This document shows, one piece after another, positions 9,135-18,385 of a stretch of 64,000 nucleotides of DNA (within the stretch, counting starts at the first letter, position 1; the number at the start of each line of letters is the position of its first letter). The stretch is from an uncultured Acidobacteriota bacterium. Its GTDB lineage: Bacteria; Acidobacteriota; JAQAZP01. The stretch is taken from positions 672,001 to 736,000 of the forward strand of contig CAWIIB010000009.1 in NCBI GenBank assembly GCA_963836075.1, given 5' to 3'. The notes under the pieces were generated by a model. That model was not told the origin of the DNA and ran no database searches. It was given only the letters and a program-made list of their open reading frames with translations. The translations under genes were made by a program, and so were the position numbers.

Positions 9135-10616
9135 TCACTGGGCATACCGTTTCTTGAACTCCTCGGCAGCCCGCTTTCGCGCTGCCGCTTCACCTTCGCT
9201 CATCTCGCCGAGGAACCAGCGGTGCATCTCGCCGGTCAGCACCTCGTGGAGTTTCTCCTCAACCTGCCGGGCCGCGAGGGCCTTTTCGCCATCCAGCGCC
9301 TTGTTATGCTCGATGACTTCCTCCAACTGGGGGACGAACTCGTGGTAGAAGCGGTGGGCCACTTCGAACATCCCGTGCCACTGCGTATAGTCGGGGCCCA
9401 TCATTGCCGCCCCGTGGCGCGCCCGCCGGCCCTCGTGGTGCCAGAGGAGGAAGTAGGTGAACTCGATCTCGTCATCGAAGTTCACGTCGTTGGAGAAGAG
9501 GCCGGCGCCGCGGGCCATCTGGAACAACTCGGTGGCCGGCCGGCCGAACTTATCGTTGTAGAGGTTCACCAGGTCGTCGAACTGGGTGTAGAAGTTGCCC
9601 ACCCACTCCGGGCCGTGGCAGGACGCGCAGACCTCCTGCATGTCCGTGCGGCGGACCTGCCAGCTCTTGACGGTCTTGCCCTGCTTGAGCGCTGCGGCAT
9701 CGATCTTCTCCGAGACCGGCGGCCTGAGGGTCCAGCTGATGCGGTCGCCCACGTCGTGGGTCACCGGCTGGGTTTTCGTCGCGCCCATGTGGCAGGAAGA
9801 ACAGGTGGGACCCTGCTCGTAATCGCGGCCGGGGATCCACTCCTCCTCGGCCATGCCGTCGGCGAACCGCACCCGGTTGGCGGCAAAGGCAATGCCGTGC
9901 TTCGACTCGGTGTAGACCTCCATCTGCGGGTGGTCCGGGCCGAGGTGGCAGCGGCCGCAGTTTTCGGGCTGCCGTGCCTGGGCCAGGGAGAAGTTGTGCC
10001 GCTGGTGGCAGGCGGAGCAGGAGCCCTTGGAGCCGTCCGGGTTGAGCCGGCCCACACCGGTGTTGGGCCAGGTGGCCGGGTCGAGCTTGCCGTTCTCCAG
10101 CACCTTGACCTCCGAGCCGTGGCACTGGAGGCAGCCGGAGACCGCCACCGGCGAGGCCTGGGTCTTCTCTCCCTCCGGGGAGAAGACCGTGAAGCCCTCC
10201 ACCACCTCGGCCAGCACGTTGTCCAGGCTGCCGAGGATCTTGCCCGCATCGGCGTGATGGCTGGCCTGGAACTCCTCGTACTCAGCTTCGTGGCAGTTGG
10301 AGCAGTCCCTGGGTGACACGATGGTGGCGATCAGCGCCCCCTCGTGCTCGTAAGCGTCGAGGTCGTTTTTGTCCGCCTCATGGCAATCGATACATCCGAT
10401 GCCGGAACCGAAGTGCTTGCTCTCCTGCCACTGCCCCACGATTCCGGGGCTTTTCACCCGGTGGCAATCGACGCAACCCTGGCTGTCCGAGGGGGCGGCG
10501 GCTTCCGCAGCGGCCATCACCTGCCGTTGCCCACCCACGACCAGGGCCGCCATGAGCAGCGCACCAAGAAGAATGCAGGGGATCCTGCCGACGGCTTTTT
10601 TTGTCTCCAGGAACAT
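9135..10616 (-). CDS. Octaheme hydroxylamine-oxidoreductase-family cytochrome c (probably reductive type)
   Basis: 8 CxxCH (CVDCH, CIDCH, CSNCH, CLQCH, CSACH, CGRCH, CSSCH, CASCH); CHLGPDHPQ.E.Y.ESKHG; GAAMMGPDYTQWHG. Confidence 0.88.
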   Translation of the reverse strand: MFLETKKAVGRIPCILLGALLMAALVVGGQRQVMAAAEAAAPSDSQGCVDCHRVKSPGIVGQWQESKHFGSGIGCIDCHEADKNDLDAYEHEGALIATIVSPRDCSNCHEAEYEEFQASHHADAGKILGSLDNVLAEVVEGFTVFSPEGEKTQASPVAVSGCLQCHGSEVKVLENGKLDPATWPNTGVGRLNPDGSKGSCSACHQRHNFSLAQARQPENCGRCHLGPDHPQMEVYTESKHGIAFAANRVRFADGMAEEEWIPGRDYEQGPTCSSCHMGATKTQPVTHDVGDRISWTLRPPVSEKIDAAALKQGKTVKSWQVRRTDMQEVCASCHGPEWVGNFYTQFDDLVNLYNDKFGRPATELFQMARGAGLFSNDVNFDDEIEFTYFLLWHHEGRRARHGAAMMGPDYTQWHGMFEVAHRFYHEFVPQLEEVIEHNKALDGEKALAARQVEEKLHEVLTGEMHRWFLGEMSEGEAAARKRAAEEFKKRYAQ

Positions 10617-10746
10617 GATTCCGTGTCCTCTCTGCTTGCGGCGGTCCCTGGCGGAGCGGCCTGGATCGCCATGTTGGATAGCCGAAATGATGAGCGAGAA
10701 CCTCCCGAATGGTGAGGGCCGGCAACTGAAAGATGTAGTCCGGGAT

Positions 10747-11187
10747 TCAACCGGACACGTAACACTTGTCGTCCGGCCCTTCTATTGCCTGAGGAGCAAA
10801 ATCGGCCAGCGAGGTGGACGCCAGTTCCTCCTCCACCAGCCGGGATACTTTCTCTCGCAGTTCCTTCAGCTTGCACTCGGCCCCCTGGCAGATCTGTTCT
10901 CCCAGCAGACAGCCGTCCGGTTTGGGCGGCGGGTCCACCGCCCGGATCACCTCCAGCAGCGTCACCTTCCGCGGGTCCGCGGCCAGGCAGAACCCGCCCC
11001 TGGCGCCGCGGGTTGAGTGCACCAGCCCCTTGCGGGCCAGCTCCTGCAGCACCTTGCTGAGGTGGGACGGTGAACTGGCGATTTTTTCGGCGATCTGGGT
11101 GGCGGACACCGTCACATTCTTGTCCAGCCCGGCAAGGTAGACGAGAGAGTGGACGGCGATGTTGGCGGCGACCGAAAAGTTGAGCAT
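10747..11187 (-). CDS. Rrf2-family transcriptional regulator (probable Fe-S/NO sensor)
   Basis: HLSKVLQELARKGLVHSTRGARGGF, VTLLEVIRAVD, Cys cluster C-x6-C-x4-C. Confidence 0.92.
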   Translation of the reverse strand: MLNFSVAANIAVHSLVYLAGLDKNVTVSATQIAEKIASSPSHLSKVLQELARKGLVHSTRGARGGFCLAADPRKVTLLEVIRAVDPPPKPDGCLLGEQICQGAECKLKELREKVSRLVEEELASTSLADFAPQAIEGPDDKCYVSG

Positions 11188-11395
11188 TGGGAACTCCTGA
11201 AGAGACAATTCGGAATTCGGATTCTTAATAACGTATTTTGGGGAAAATGTCAATCAAATCAATGGGTATTGGTTGAAAAAATTCCCGCGGGCGGACAGCC
11301 CCAGGTGAAATTGCTCTGCCACGCACTGCCGGAGCATGCTAGACTTGGGATGTCGATGATCCCGAGAATAACTCTCGAGCCGGAGGGGATGAGGA

Positions 11396-12643
11396 ATGAG
11401 CGAACTGATCAACAATGCCGCCAAGCGCAAGGAACTACTGAAGCACATGATTCTCCAGTTGCACAAGGGTGAAGCGCCGGAAGAGGTGCGCAAGCAGCTG
11501 ATCCGCATCATGGGCCAGGTGCCGTATAACGAAGTGGTGGAGGTGGAACAGGAACTGATCAACGAGGGCCTGCCCCAGGAGGAGGTGCTCAAGCTTTGCG
11601 ACATCCACACCGCCGCCCTGGAGGGCGCCATTGACCGGAGCGGCGCGGCCACCGCCCCGCCGGGCCACCCGGTGCACACCTTTCTCGAGGAGAACAAGGC
11701 ACTGCGCTGGGAGATCGACAAGATCGGCTCGCTGCTCGACAAGCTGGCCGCCCTCCCCGAGGACGCACCGGCCGCGGAGATCATGAACGACCTCCGCGGC
11801 TCGTTCCACAACCTGATGGACGTGGAGAAGCATTACCTGCGCAAGGAACACCTGCTCTTTCCCTTCCTCGAGAAGCACGGCATCACCGGCCCCCCCACGG
11901 TGATGTGGGGCAAGCACGACGAAACGAGGGAACTGCTCAAGGCGGCCGATGAAGCACTGGCCCAAGGTGCATCGCTTACTGCCGGCGAAGCGAACGCCGC
12001 GGCGGACCTGCTCCTTCGACCGGCTATGGAAGCGGTTTCGGGGATGATCCTCAAGGAGGAGGAGATCCTCTTCCCCATGACCCTTGACACCTTGAAGGAC
12101 GAGGAGTGGTACGAGATCGACCTGCAGAGTCTTGAAATCGGGTTCTGCCTCTACGACCCGCAGGAGAGCTGGAAACCGGAAGGCGTCGAAGCGAAGCCGA
12201 GAGCCGAGGCGGATGGCCGGGTCCAGTTGCCCAGCGGCAGTTTCACCGTCCCCGAACTGACCACGATGCTGAACTCCATCCCCTTCGACATGACCTTTGT
12301 CGACCGGGACGACACGGTGCGCTACTTCACCCAGGGCCGGGAGCGGATCTTCGGCCGTAGCCGGGCGATCCTCGGCCGCAAAGTGCAGTTCTGCCACCCA
12401 CCCTCCAGCGTACACATCGTCGAACAGATCCTCGATGATTTCCGCTCGGGCAAGGAGGAGCACTGCCGCTTCTGGATCACCCTCGGCGGGAAATTTATCA
12501 TCATCGAATACTTCGCCATGCGCGGAGAGGACGGCGAGTATCTCGGCACCCTCGAAGTCAGCCAGGATCTGACCGAGAAGCGGGCCCTGCGGGGCGAGCA
12601 GCGGCTGCTCTCCTATGTCGCGGGCGACGGGGAGGGCGAATGA
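11396..12643 (+). CDS. DUF438 / hemerythrin-like / PAS domain protein
   Basis: LKLCDIH, GHPVHTFLEEN, HYLRKEHLLFP, VMWGKHDE; PAS 'DMTFVDRDDTVRYF...CHPPSS'. Confidence 0.88.
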   Translation: MSELINNAAKRKELLKHMILQLHKGEAPEEVRKQLIRIMGQVPYNEVVEVEQELINEGLPQEEVLKLCDIHTAALEGAIDRSGAATAPPGHPVHTFLEENKALRWEIDKIGSLLDKLAALPEDAPAAEIMNDLRGSFHNLMDVEKHYLRKEHLLFPFLEKHGITGPPTVMWGKHDETRELLKAADEALAQGASLTAGEANAAADLLLRPAMEAVSGMILKEEEILFPMTLDTLKDEEWYEIDLQSLEIGFCLYDPQESWKPEGVEAKPRAEADGRVQLPSGSFTVPELTTMLNSIPFDMTFVDRDDTVRYFTQGRERIFGRSRAILGRKVQFCHPPSSVHIVEQILDDFRSGKEEHCRFWITLGGKFIIIEYFAMRGEDGEYLGTLEVSQDLTEKRALRGEQRLLSYVAGDGEGE

Positions 12644-13186
12644 TGGACGAAGCGCGAAAGGAGCTCCCCGAGATCACCCCCGACACCCGGTTGGCCGCCC
12701 TGCTGGACGCGGCCCCCGAACTGGAGGAGACCCTCTTCGGCCTCTCGCCGGCCTATGAAAAACTGAAGAACCCGGGTACTGCGCAAGACGGTGGGCCGGG
12801 TGGCCACCCTGCGGCAGGTGGCCCGGGTGGGCGACGTGCCACTGGGCCGGCTGATCAACACGCTGCGCTCCGCCGCCGGCATGGAGGCGATGGCGGACGG
12901 GGAGAGTGACGGGGATGAGGGGGGCGAAACGCCCGACTGGGTCACGGCCGGATCGGTGAAGAACTCGCTGGACGCCCGGCCGCTCATCGAGGCAGGCGAG
13001 CACCCGATGGGCCAGGTGATCAAGGCACTGCCGTCCCTGGGCTCCGGCGAGCTGTTCCAGTTGGATACGCCCTTCCTCCCTGCCCCGCTGATCGACATGG
13101 CCCGGGAGAAGGGGTATCGCGCCTGGTCCGAAGAGATCGCCGAAGACCACTTCAGCACCTGGTTCGCCCCGGGGGCGAGCAGCTGA
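12640..13186 (+). pseudogene. DUF1858/DUF2249-type protein split by a +1 frameshift at ~12774-12776 (pseudogene or assembly error)
   Basis: Removing one G from CCCGGGTA restores EKLKNPVLRKTVGRVATLRQVA and joins ORFs 12640.. and ..13186 (LDARPLIEAGEHP, PFLPAPLID). Confidence 0.8.
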
Positions 13187-13214
13187 GAACGGAGATCAGA
13201 GAAGGAGAAAGGTC

Positions 13215-13874
13215 ATGGCATCTATGCAGACACTCGGGGAGTTGGCCACCCGGTATCCCGGCGCAGCCAAGGTCTTTTACAACCATGGCCTCGATTACTG
13301 CTGCGGCGGCACACTGACACTCGACGAAGCCTGCCGGGGGAAAAACCTCGACCCGGACGAAGTGCTGGCCGAAATCAAGGCCCCGGAAGACGGTTCATCA
13401 AAGCAGGTCCGCTGGGAGGAACAGCCTCTCGGTGACCTGGTCGACCACATCCTCTCCCGCTACCACGCCCCGTTGCGCGAGGAACTGGCCCGGCTGATCG
13501 ACCTGGCGGCGAAGGTCGAACAGGCCCATGCCGACAAACCCGACTGTCCCCGGGGGCTCAAGCAGCACCTGATCGGCATCGCCGAAGCGGTGGAGAGCCA
13601 CCTGGCCAAGGAGGAGCAGGTCCTGTTTCCGCTCATCAAATCGGGTCAGACACAGGGCGCGGCCAATCCGATCAGGGTCATGGCTCTCGAGCACGAGGAG
13701 CATGGAGAAAACCTGGCCAAGACCCGGACCATGACCAGGGACTTCCATCTTCCCGCCGAGGCCTGCAGCACCTGGGCCGAGCTGTATCGCAGCCTGCAGC
13801 GCCTGGAAAAGGATCTGATGGACCACATCCACCTGGAGAACAATATCCTGTTTCCCCGGGTCTTAAACGCGTGA
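13215..13874 (+). CDS. ric: Iron-sulfur cluster repair di-iron protein (YtfE/ScdA/RIC)
   Basis: GLDYCCGG, HILSRYH, HLAKEEQVLFP, EHEEHG, HIHLENNILFP. Confidence 0.95.
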   Translation: MASMQTLGELATRYPGAAKVFYNHGLDYCCGGTLTLDEACRGKNLDPDEVLAEIKAPEDGSSKQVRWEEQPLGDLVDHILSRYHAPLREELARLIDLAAKVEQAHADKPDCPRGLKQHLIGIAEAVESHLAKEEQVLFPLIKSGQTQGAANPIRVMALEHEEHGENLAKTRTMTRDFHLPAEACSTWAELYRSLQRLEKDLMDHIHLENNILFPRVLNA

Positions 13875-13950
13875 CAGGGATGAGCCGTTGACATTCCCAT
13901 AGGCTCATTTTCGTTGAGGCCGTTGTGTCCACAACGCCCGATTATCGCTC

Positions 13951-13979
13951 TTGACAAGAAACGATGCCCGCATTATAAA
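13951..13979 (+). promoter_or_regulatory. Sigma70 promoter of tetR
   Basis: TTGACA (13951) - 17 nt - TATAAA (13974). Confidence 0.8.
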
Positions 13980-13997
13980 TAAGTTAACGCTTACTTA
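13980..13997. promoter_or_regulatory. Putative TetR operator 1
   Basis: TAAGT-taacgctt-ACTTA over the predicted transcription start. Confidence 0.7.
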
Positions 13998-14009
13998 TCT
14001 TGAGGAATC

Positions 14010-14621
14010 ATGGCCGACGAAAAATCCAGGCAAGCAGCTGGAAGCCCTGCGGGGCGCCGCAGCCGGCCCTCGCACCGGGGCGAGCTGTTCGAGGCCGCAC
14101 TTCGCCTCTTCGCCGCTCACGGGGTGAAGAACACCACCATCCGCGACATCACCGGCGCCGTCGGCATCACCGAAGCGGCGCTTTACCGTCACTGGCCAAG
14201 CAAGCAGGCCCTGGCCGAAGAGTTGATCGAGCAGGCGTCCGCCGAGCTCACCGAACGGCTCAGGGAAGCGGAAGAGAATGCACCAACGCCGGAGACGAAA
14301 CTTGCGGCACTGATCGACGAGTTGTTCACCTACCACGATCAGAACCGTGACCGCTTCGACCTGGTGGTTCACGTGGCGCACCTCGATCCGTCGATGGTCG
14401 AAAACAGGACCTCCCGGCCCAGCACCGTGGTGCTGCCGGTATTGCGGGAGGGGATCCGCACCCGCGTCTTCAGAAAAACAAAACCCGAACTGGCCCTGGC
14501 CCTGATCATCGGGGCCGTGGCCCGGACCACCCAGCTGCGGCGCATGGGGGTGATCACGGGGTCGGCGGCCAGCAACAGGAGAACGATCAGGGAGATGGCG
14601 CTCCGGGCACTGCTCGCCTGA
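14010..14621 (+). CDS. TetR/AcrR-family regulator
   Basis: LFEAALRLFAAHGVKNTTIRDITGAVGITEAALYRHWPSKQAL HTH. Confidence 0.93.
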   Translation: MADEKSRQAAGSPAGRRSRPSHRGELFEAALRLFAAHGVKNTTIRDITGAVGITEAALYRHWPSKQALAEELIEQASAELTERLREAEENAPTPETKLAALIDELFTYHDQNRDRFDLVVHVAHLDPSMVENRTSRPSTVVLPVLREGIRTRVFRKTKPELALALIIGAVARTTQLRRMGVITGSAASNRRTIREMALRALLA

Positions 14622-14668
14622 AACGGTGTCGGCCTGTGGGAGGGGAGAAATGTGTTGCACCAAGTAAG

Positions 14669-14686
14669 TAAGTGTATGTTTACTTA
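14669..14686. promoter_or_regulatory. Putative TetR operator 2, upstream of qNor
   Basis: TAAGT-gtatgttt-ACTTA, same arms and spacing as operator 1. Confidence 0.7.
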
Positions 14687-14770
14687 CCAATGTTTGATCA
14701 GCCGCGTGCCCGCCGCCCCCGCCGTTGCGGGTGGCCGGTGGCCGCGGCGACCGTGAAGGAGGGGGAAGAA

Positions 14771-17020
14771 ATGGTCTCGAAACGACTGAAGGTTGCCGTC
14801 GTGCTCAGCTTCACCCTGAGCATGATGGTGCTGCTCGCCGGCGGCTGGTTCATGAAGGACAAGGTGCCGCCCTACCCCGAGCGGATCGTCGCCAACGGCG
14901 AGACGCTGGCCGTGCGGACCGATATCCTTGCCGGGCAGCAGGGTTACCAGAAATACGGCCTGATGGATCTGGGGAGTGTCTGGGGCCACGGAGCCCTGCG
15001 CGGTATCGACTTCTCGGCGGCGATACTTCACGAATACGGCGTGGAGATGCGAAAGGTGGAGGCGCAGAGCCGCTTCGGACAGTCCTACGAAGACATGGAC
15101 ACCGCCGCACGGGGCGCGGTGGACGCGGTGGTGATCGAGGCGATCAAGGAGAACACCTACAACGCTGGAAGCGGCACGCTGACCCTCAATCCGGCGCAGA
15201 AGGCGGCCTTCGAGATCCTGGTGGATCGTTATACCGCTCTGCTCCACGAGGGCGACATGAGCATGGGGTTTGGCAAGGGCCTGGTGGCCGACGCCGGCGA
15301 GGCTCGCAAAATCGCCACCTTCTTCTTCTGGTCCGCCTGGGCCGCAGGCACCACCCGGCCGGAGGGTGACACCACTTTCACCAACAACTGGCCTTATGAC
15401 CCCTCGGTGGGCAACGGGCCGCCACCCGGGGCGCTGGTCTGGACCTTCTTCTCCATCCTCTCCTTCTTCTGCCTGCTGGGCTACGTGGTCTATATCGTCC
15501 ACCGCTACCGCTTCTTCTACGGCACCGGCAACGCCGCCGAGCTGGGCGACCGTTTGGCCGAGCTGCCGCTGACACCGAGCCAGCTGGCCACGGCCAAGTA
15601 CTTCTTCGTCGCCGTGGTGCTCTTTTTCCTCCAGACTTCAATGGGCGGCCTGCTGGCCCACTACACCGTCCACCCCGACACCTTCTGGGGCTTCGACAAG
15701 CTGGTGGAGTTCTTCAACTTCCAGTGGGCCAAGACCTGGCACCTGCAGCTGGCCATCCTCTGGATCGCCGCGGTCTGGATCGCCACCGCTCTTTTCGTCT
15801 CCCCGATCATCGGCCGCCGGGAGCCGAAGGGCCAGCGGGCGCTGGTCAACATCCTCTTCGGGGCCATCATCCTCGTGGCGGTGGGCAGCCTCACCGGCGA
15901 GGTGCTGGGCATCAAGGGCTTCTTCCAGGGCAAGAGCTGGTTCTGGTTCGGCCACCAGGGCTGGGAGTATCTCGAGCTGGGCCGGGTGTGGCAGATCGCC
16001 CTCTTCGGCGGCCTGGCCTTCTGGCTCTTCATCATGGTGCGCAGCTACAGCAGCATCTTCCGCGAAAACAGGTGGGGTGTGGCCCAGCTGTTCACCTACG
16101 CCGCCGGGGCCATCGTCCTCTTCTTCGGCTTCGGCCTGCTCTACGGCTCGAACACCCACATCTCCATCGCCGACTACTGGCGCTGGTACGTGGTGCACCT
16201 CTGGGTCGAGGGGATGTTCGAGTTCTTTGCCGCCGCGGCCTTCGCCTTCCTGCTCACCACGGTGGGGCTGGTGGACGAGAAGAGCGCTCTGCGCGCCGCC
16301 TACCTCACCGCCACCCTGGCCTTCCTCGGCGGGATCATCGGCACCGGCCACCACTATTACTGGTTCGGCGGCCCGTCCTTCTGGCTGGCCCTGGGCGGCA
16401 CCTTCTCCGCGCTGGAGACAGTCCCGCTGCTGCTGCTGGTGGTACGTGGCTGGTTCGAGTTCAAACATGTCCAGGACGCGGGGCACGACTTCGCCTTCAA
16501 GTGGCCGCTCTACTTCCTGGTGGCCTCGTCCTTCTGGAACTTCCTCGGCGCCGGGGTGTTCGGCTTCATGATCACTACGCCGCTGGTCAACTACTTCGAG
16601 CACTCGACGTACCTCACGGCAAACCACGGGCACACCGCGCTCTTCGGCACCTACGGCATGCTGGCCATCTCGCTGATGCTCTTCGTACTGCGGATCATGA
16701 TGAAGAAATCGGCCTGGAACGAGGGGCTGCTCAGAATCAGCTTCTGGGGCCTCAACATCGGCCTGGCGATGATGTTTATCGTCACGCTGCTGCCGGTGGG
16801 CATCCTGCAGGTGATCTGGGTCATCAAGCACGGCTTCTGGATGGCGCGCAGCGCCGAGTTCTACAACACGCCGCTGGTCCAGGCACTGGGGCAGTTCCGC
16901 ATGATCCCCGACGTGATCATGATCGGTGCCGGCGTGCTGGTGCTGATCTACATCGTCACCACCGCGCTGTTCAACCTGCGCAAGGCGGAGATCAGCGACG
17001 GGGAGAGTTTCCCTGATTAA
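14771..17020 (+). CDS. norB: Quinol-dependent nitric oxide reductase (qNor)
   Basis: GSVWGHGA, TNNWPYDP, WHLQLAILW, HLWVEGMFE, GTGHHYYW, SALE, HGHTALFG; ATG 14771 after purine-rich RBS. Confidence 0.95.
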   Translation: MVSKRLKVAVVLSFTLSMMVLLAGGWFMKDKVPPYPERIVANGETLAVRTDILAGQQGYQKYGLMDLGSVWGHGALRGIDFSAAILHEYGVEMRKVEAQSRFGQSYEDMDTAARGAVDAVVIEAIKENTYNAGSGTLTLNPAQKAAFEILVDRYTALLHEGDMSMGFGKGLVADAGEARKIATFFFWSAWAAGTTRPEGDTTFTNNWPYDPSVGNGPPPGALVWTFFSILSFFCLLGYVVYIVHRYRFFYGTGNAAELGDRLAELPLTPSQLATAKYFFVAVVLFFLQTSMGGLLAHYTVHPDTFWGFDKLVEFFNFQWAKTWHLQLAILWIAAVWIATALFVSPIIGRREPKGQRALVNILFGAIILVAVGSLTGEVLGIKGFFQGKSWFWFGHQGWEYLELGRVWQIALFGGLAFWLFIMVRSYSSIFRENRWGVAQLFTYAAGAIVLFFGFGLLYGSNTHISIADYWRWYVVHLWVEGMFEFFAAAAFAFLLTTVGLVDEKSALRAAYLTATLAFLGGIIGTGHHYYWFGGPSFWLALGGTFSALETVPLLLLVVRGWFEFKHVQDAGHDFAFKWPLYFLVASSFWNFLGAGVFGFMITTPLVNYFEHSTYLTANHGHTALFGTYGMLAISLMLFVLRIMMKKSAWNEGLLRISFWGLNIGLAMMFIVTLLPVGILQVIWVIKHGFWMARSAEFYNTPLVQALGQFRMIPDVIMIGAGVLVLIYIVTTALFNLRKAEISDGESFPD

Positions 17021-17100
17021 TCGTCAGCGCCGACATTGCGAGCCTCCGGCCAGCGGGGGCCGCTGGAGGTCAGCAGAAGGAACATGCCACTACGCTCGTC

Positions 17101-17137
17101 ATTGCGAGGCACTCACCGCAGGTGAGTGCCTCGCAAT
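17101..17137. repeat. Perfect 17-bp inverted repeat with GCA triloop
   Basis: ATTGCGAGGCACTCACC-GCA-GGTGAGTGCCTCGCAAT. Confidence 0.85.
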
Positions 17138-17233
17138 CTCTCTTGGATTCACTGACTCCAGAGAAGTCGCCGCGTCGTCGGCTTCGCGGGCCCCTCGCAT
17201 TAGCACTGAGTGAGCATTATCAAGGAGTACGAC

Positions 17234-17521
17234 ATGGGTGAATGCGGACCAGGATGCGGCAGCGGAGCGGGCCCCTTTGCCGAGGGCCGGGAACTGGTGG
17301 AGTTTGTGAGCAATGCCCACGGCGGGGCGGTGGCCAGACAGCCGCTTCCGGCCGCGCTGGAAACGACGTGTCAGGGCTGCGGCGAGCCCTTTGCCCTGCG
17401 AACCTTTGTCGGCCGATGCCCGGCCTGCGCCGGGGTGCACGCCGTCTCGCCGCCGCGCTGCGACGATGCGGCCAACATCCAGTACGCGGGAACAGGTTTT
17501 GAGCCGTACGCTGAGGAGTGA
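17234..17521 (+). CDS. Small Cys-rich (Zn-ribbon-like) hypothetical protein
   Basis: AAGGAG RBS; CGPGC, CQGC and CPAC motifs. Confidence 0.7.
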   Translation: MGECGPGCGSGAGPFAEGRELVEFVSNAHGGAVARQPLPAALETTCQGCGEPFALRTFVGRCPACAGVHAVSPPRCDDAANIQYAGTGFEPYAEE

Positions 17522-17597
17522 CAGGTGTCCATCGCGGTTCCGCCGATCGTGACACCTGCCCGCACGTCTTTCAGTTCAACACCCAGGAGGTGAAACC

Positions 17598-18149
17598 ATG
17601 GATCCCATCAACGTTCTCGTCAGCGAACACACCCTGATTCGCCAGTTCCTCTCCAGCCTCTCCTTCGCCCTGGAGAAACTGGAGCGGGGGGAGACGCTGA
17701 GCAAGGAGTATGTGGAGCAAGTGGTCGTGTTTGCCCGCAATTTCGTCGACAAGCACCACCACTTCAAGGAGGAGTACCAGATGTTCAGGATGGTGGCGGA
17801 GAAACACGACGGACAGCTCGACGCCCAGCTGGACGCCCTTCGCAACCAGCACGAGCACGGGCGGCAGTACATCACTGACATTACCGCATCCTTGGACGGG
17901 CACCTGAACGGTGACGACTCCAGGACGACGACCATGCTGGAGAGCCTTGCCGCCTACCTCTCCATGCTGCGCCAGCACATCAACCGCGAGGACCATATCT
18001 TTTATCCCATGGCGCGCAAAGCCCTCAGCGGTGACGAGTTCGAGCGGCTGCGAACATCGTTCGAGGAGGCGGACGCCAAGGCCGGTGAGGGTTTCATGGG
18101 CGAGTACCAGGAGCGAATCCTCAAGATGGAGGCCCTGCTCACCACCTAA
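17598..18149 (+). CDS. Hemerythrin (HHE) domain protein
   Basis: LVSEHTLI, HHFKEEYQMF, QHEHGR, HINREDHIFYP. Confidence 0.9.
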   Translation: MDPINVLVSEHTLIRQFLSSLSFALEKLERGETLSKEYVEQVVVFARNFVDKHHHFKEEYQMFRMVAEKHDGQLDAQLDALRNQHEHGRQYITDITASLDGHLNGDDSRTTTMLESLAAYLSMLRQHINREDHIFYPMARKALSGDEFERLRTSFEEADAKAGEGFMGEYQERILKMEALLTT

Positions 18150-18385
18150 CCTGAAGCGGTAGCTTGAAGTGACGGCCGCAGGCGGCGCTCAACGATGAGA
18201 TCGCCACGGCGTCGGCGGCGCCTGTCCGATACCTCGCGGTGACAGGAACGCGCCGTGCCCTCCCCCGCGCCGTCAAAATCGACTAGAATAGAAGGGATAT
18301 ACGTGAATAACGGCCTGGAGGCCCGGGGGAGCGCGCCCTCCCCGGGATCAGCCGCACGAGGCGCAAACGGAGCTGCATCACCACT

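Noticed and set aside
9135-10616. HAO-like gene as evidence of ammonia oxidation or anammox
   Set aside because: No amo, cycAB or hzs in the window; the C-terminus resembles the non-crosslinked type.
11188-11395. Rrf2/NsrR operator in the divergent intergenic region
   Set aside because: Only a weak imperfect palindrome near 11215-11240; not supportable by eye.
14771-17020. qNor as NO dismutase (Nod)
   Set aside because: Canonical qNor ligands are present (HLWVEG..E, GTGHH, SALE, HGH); I see no Nod-type substitutions.
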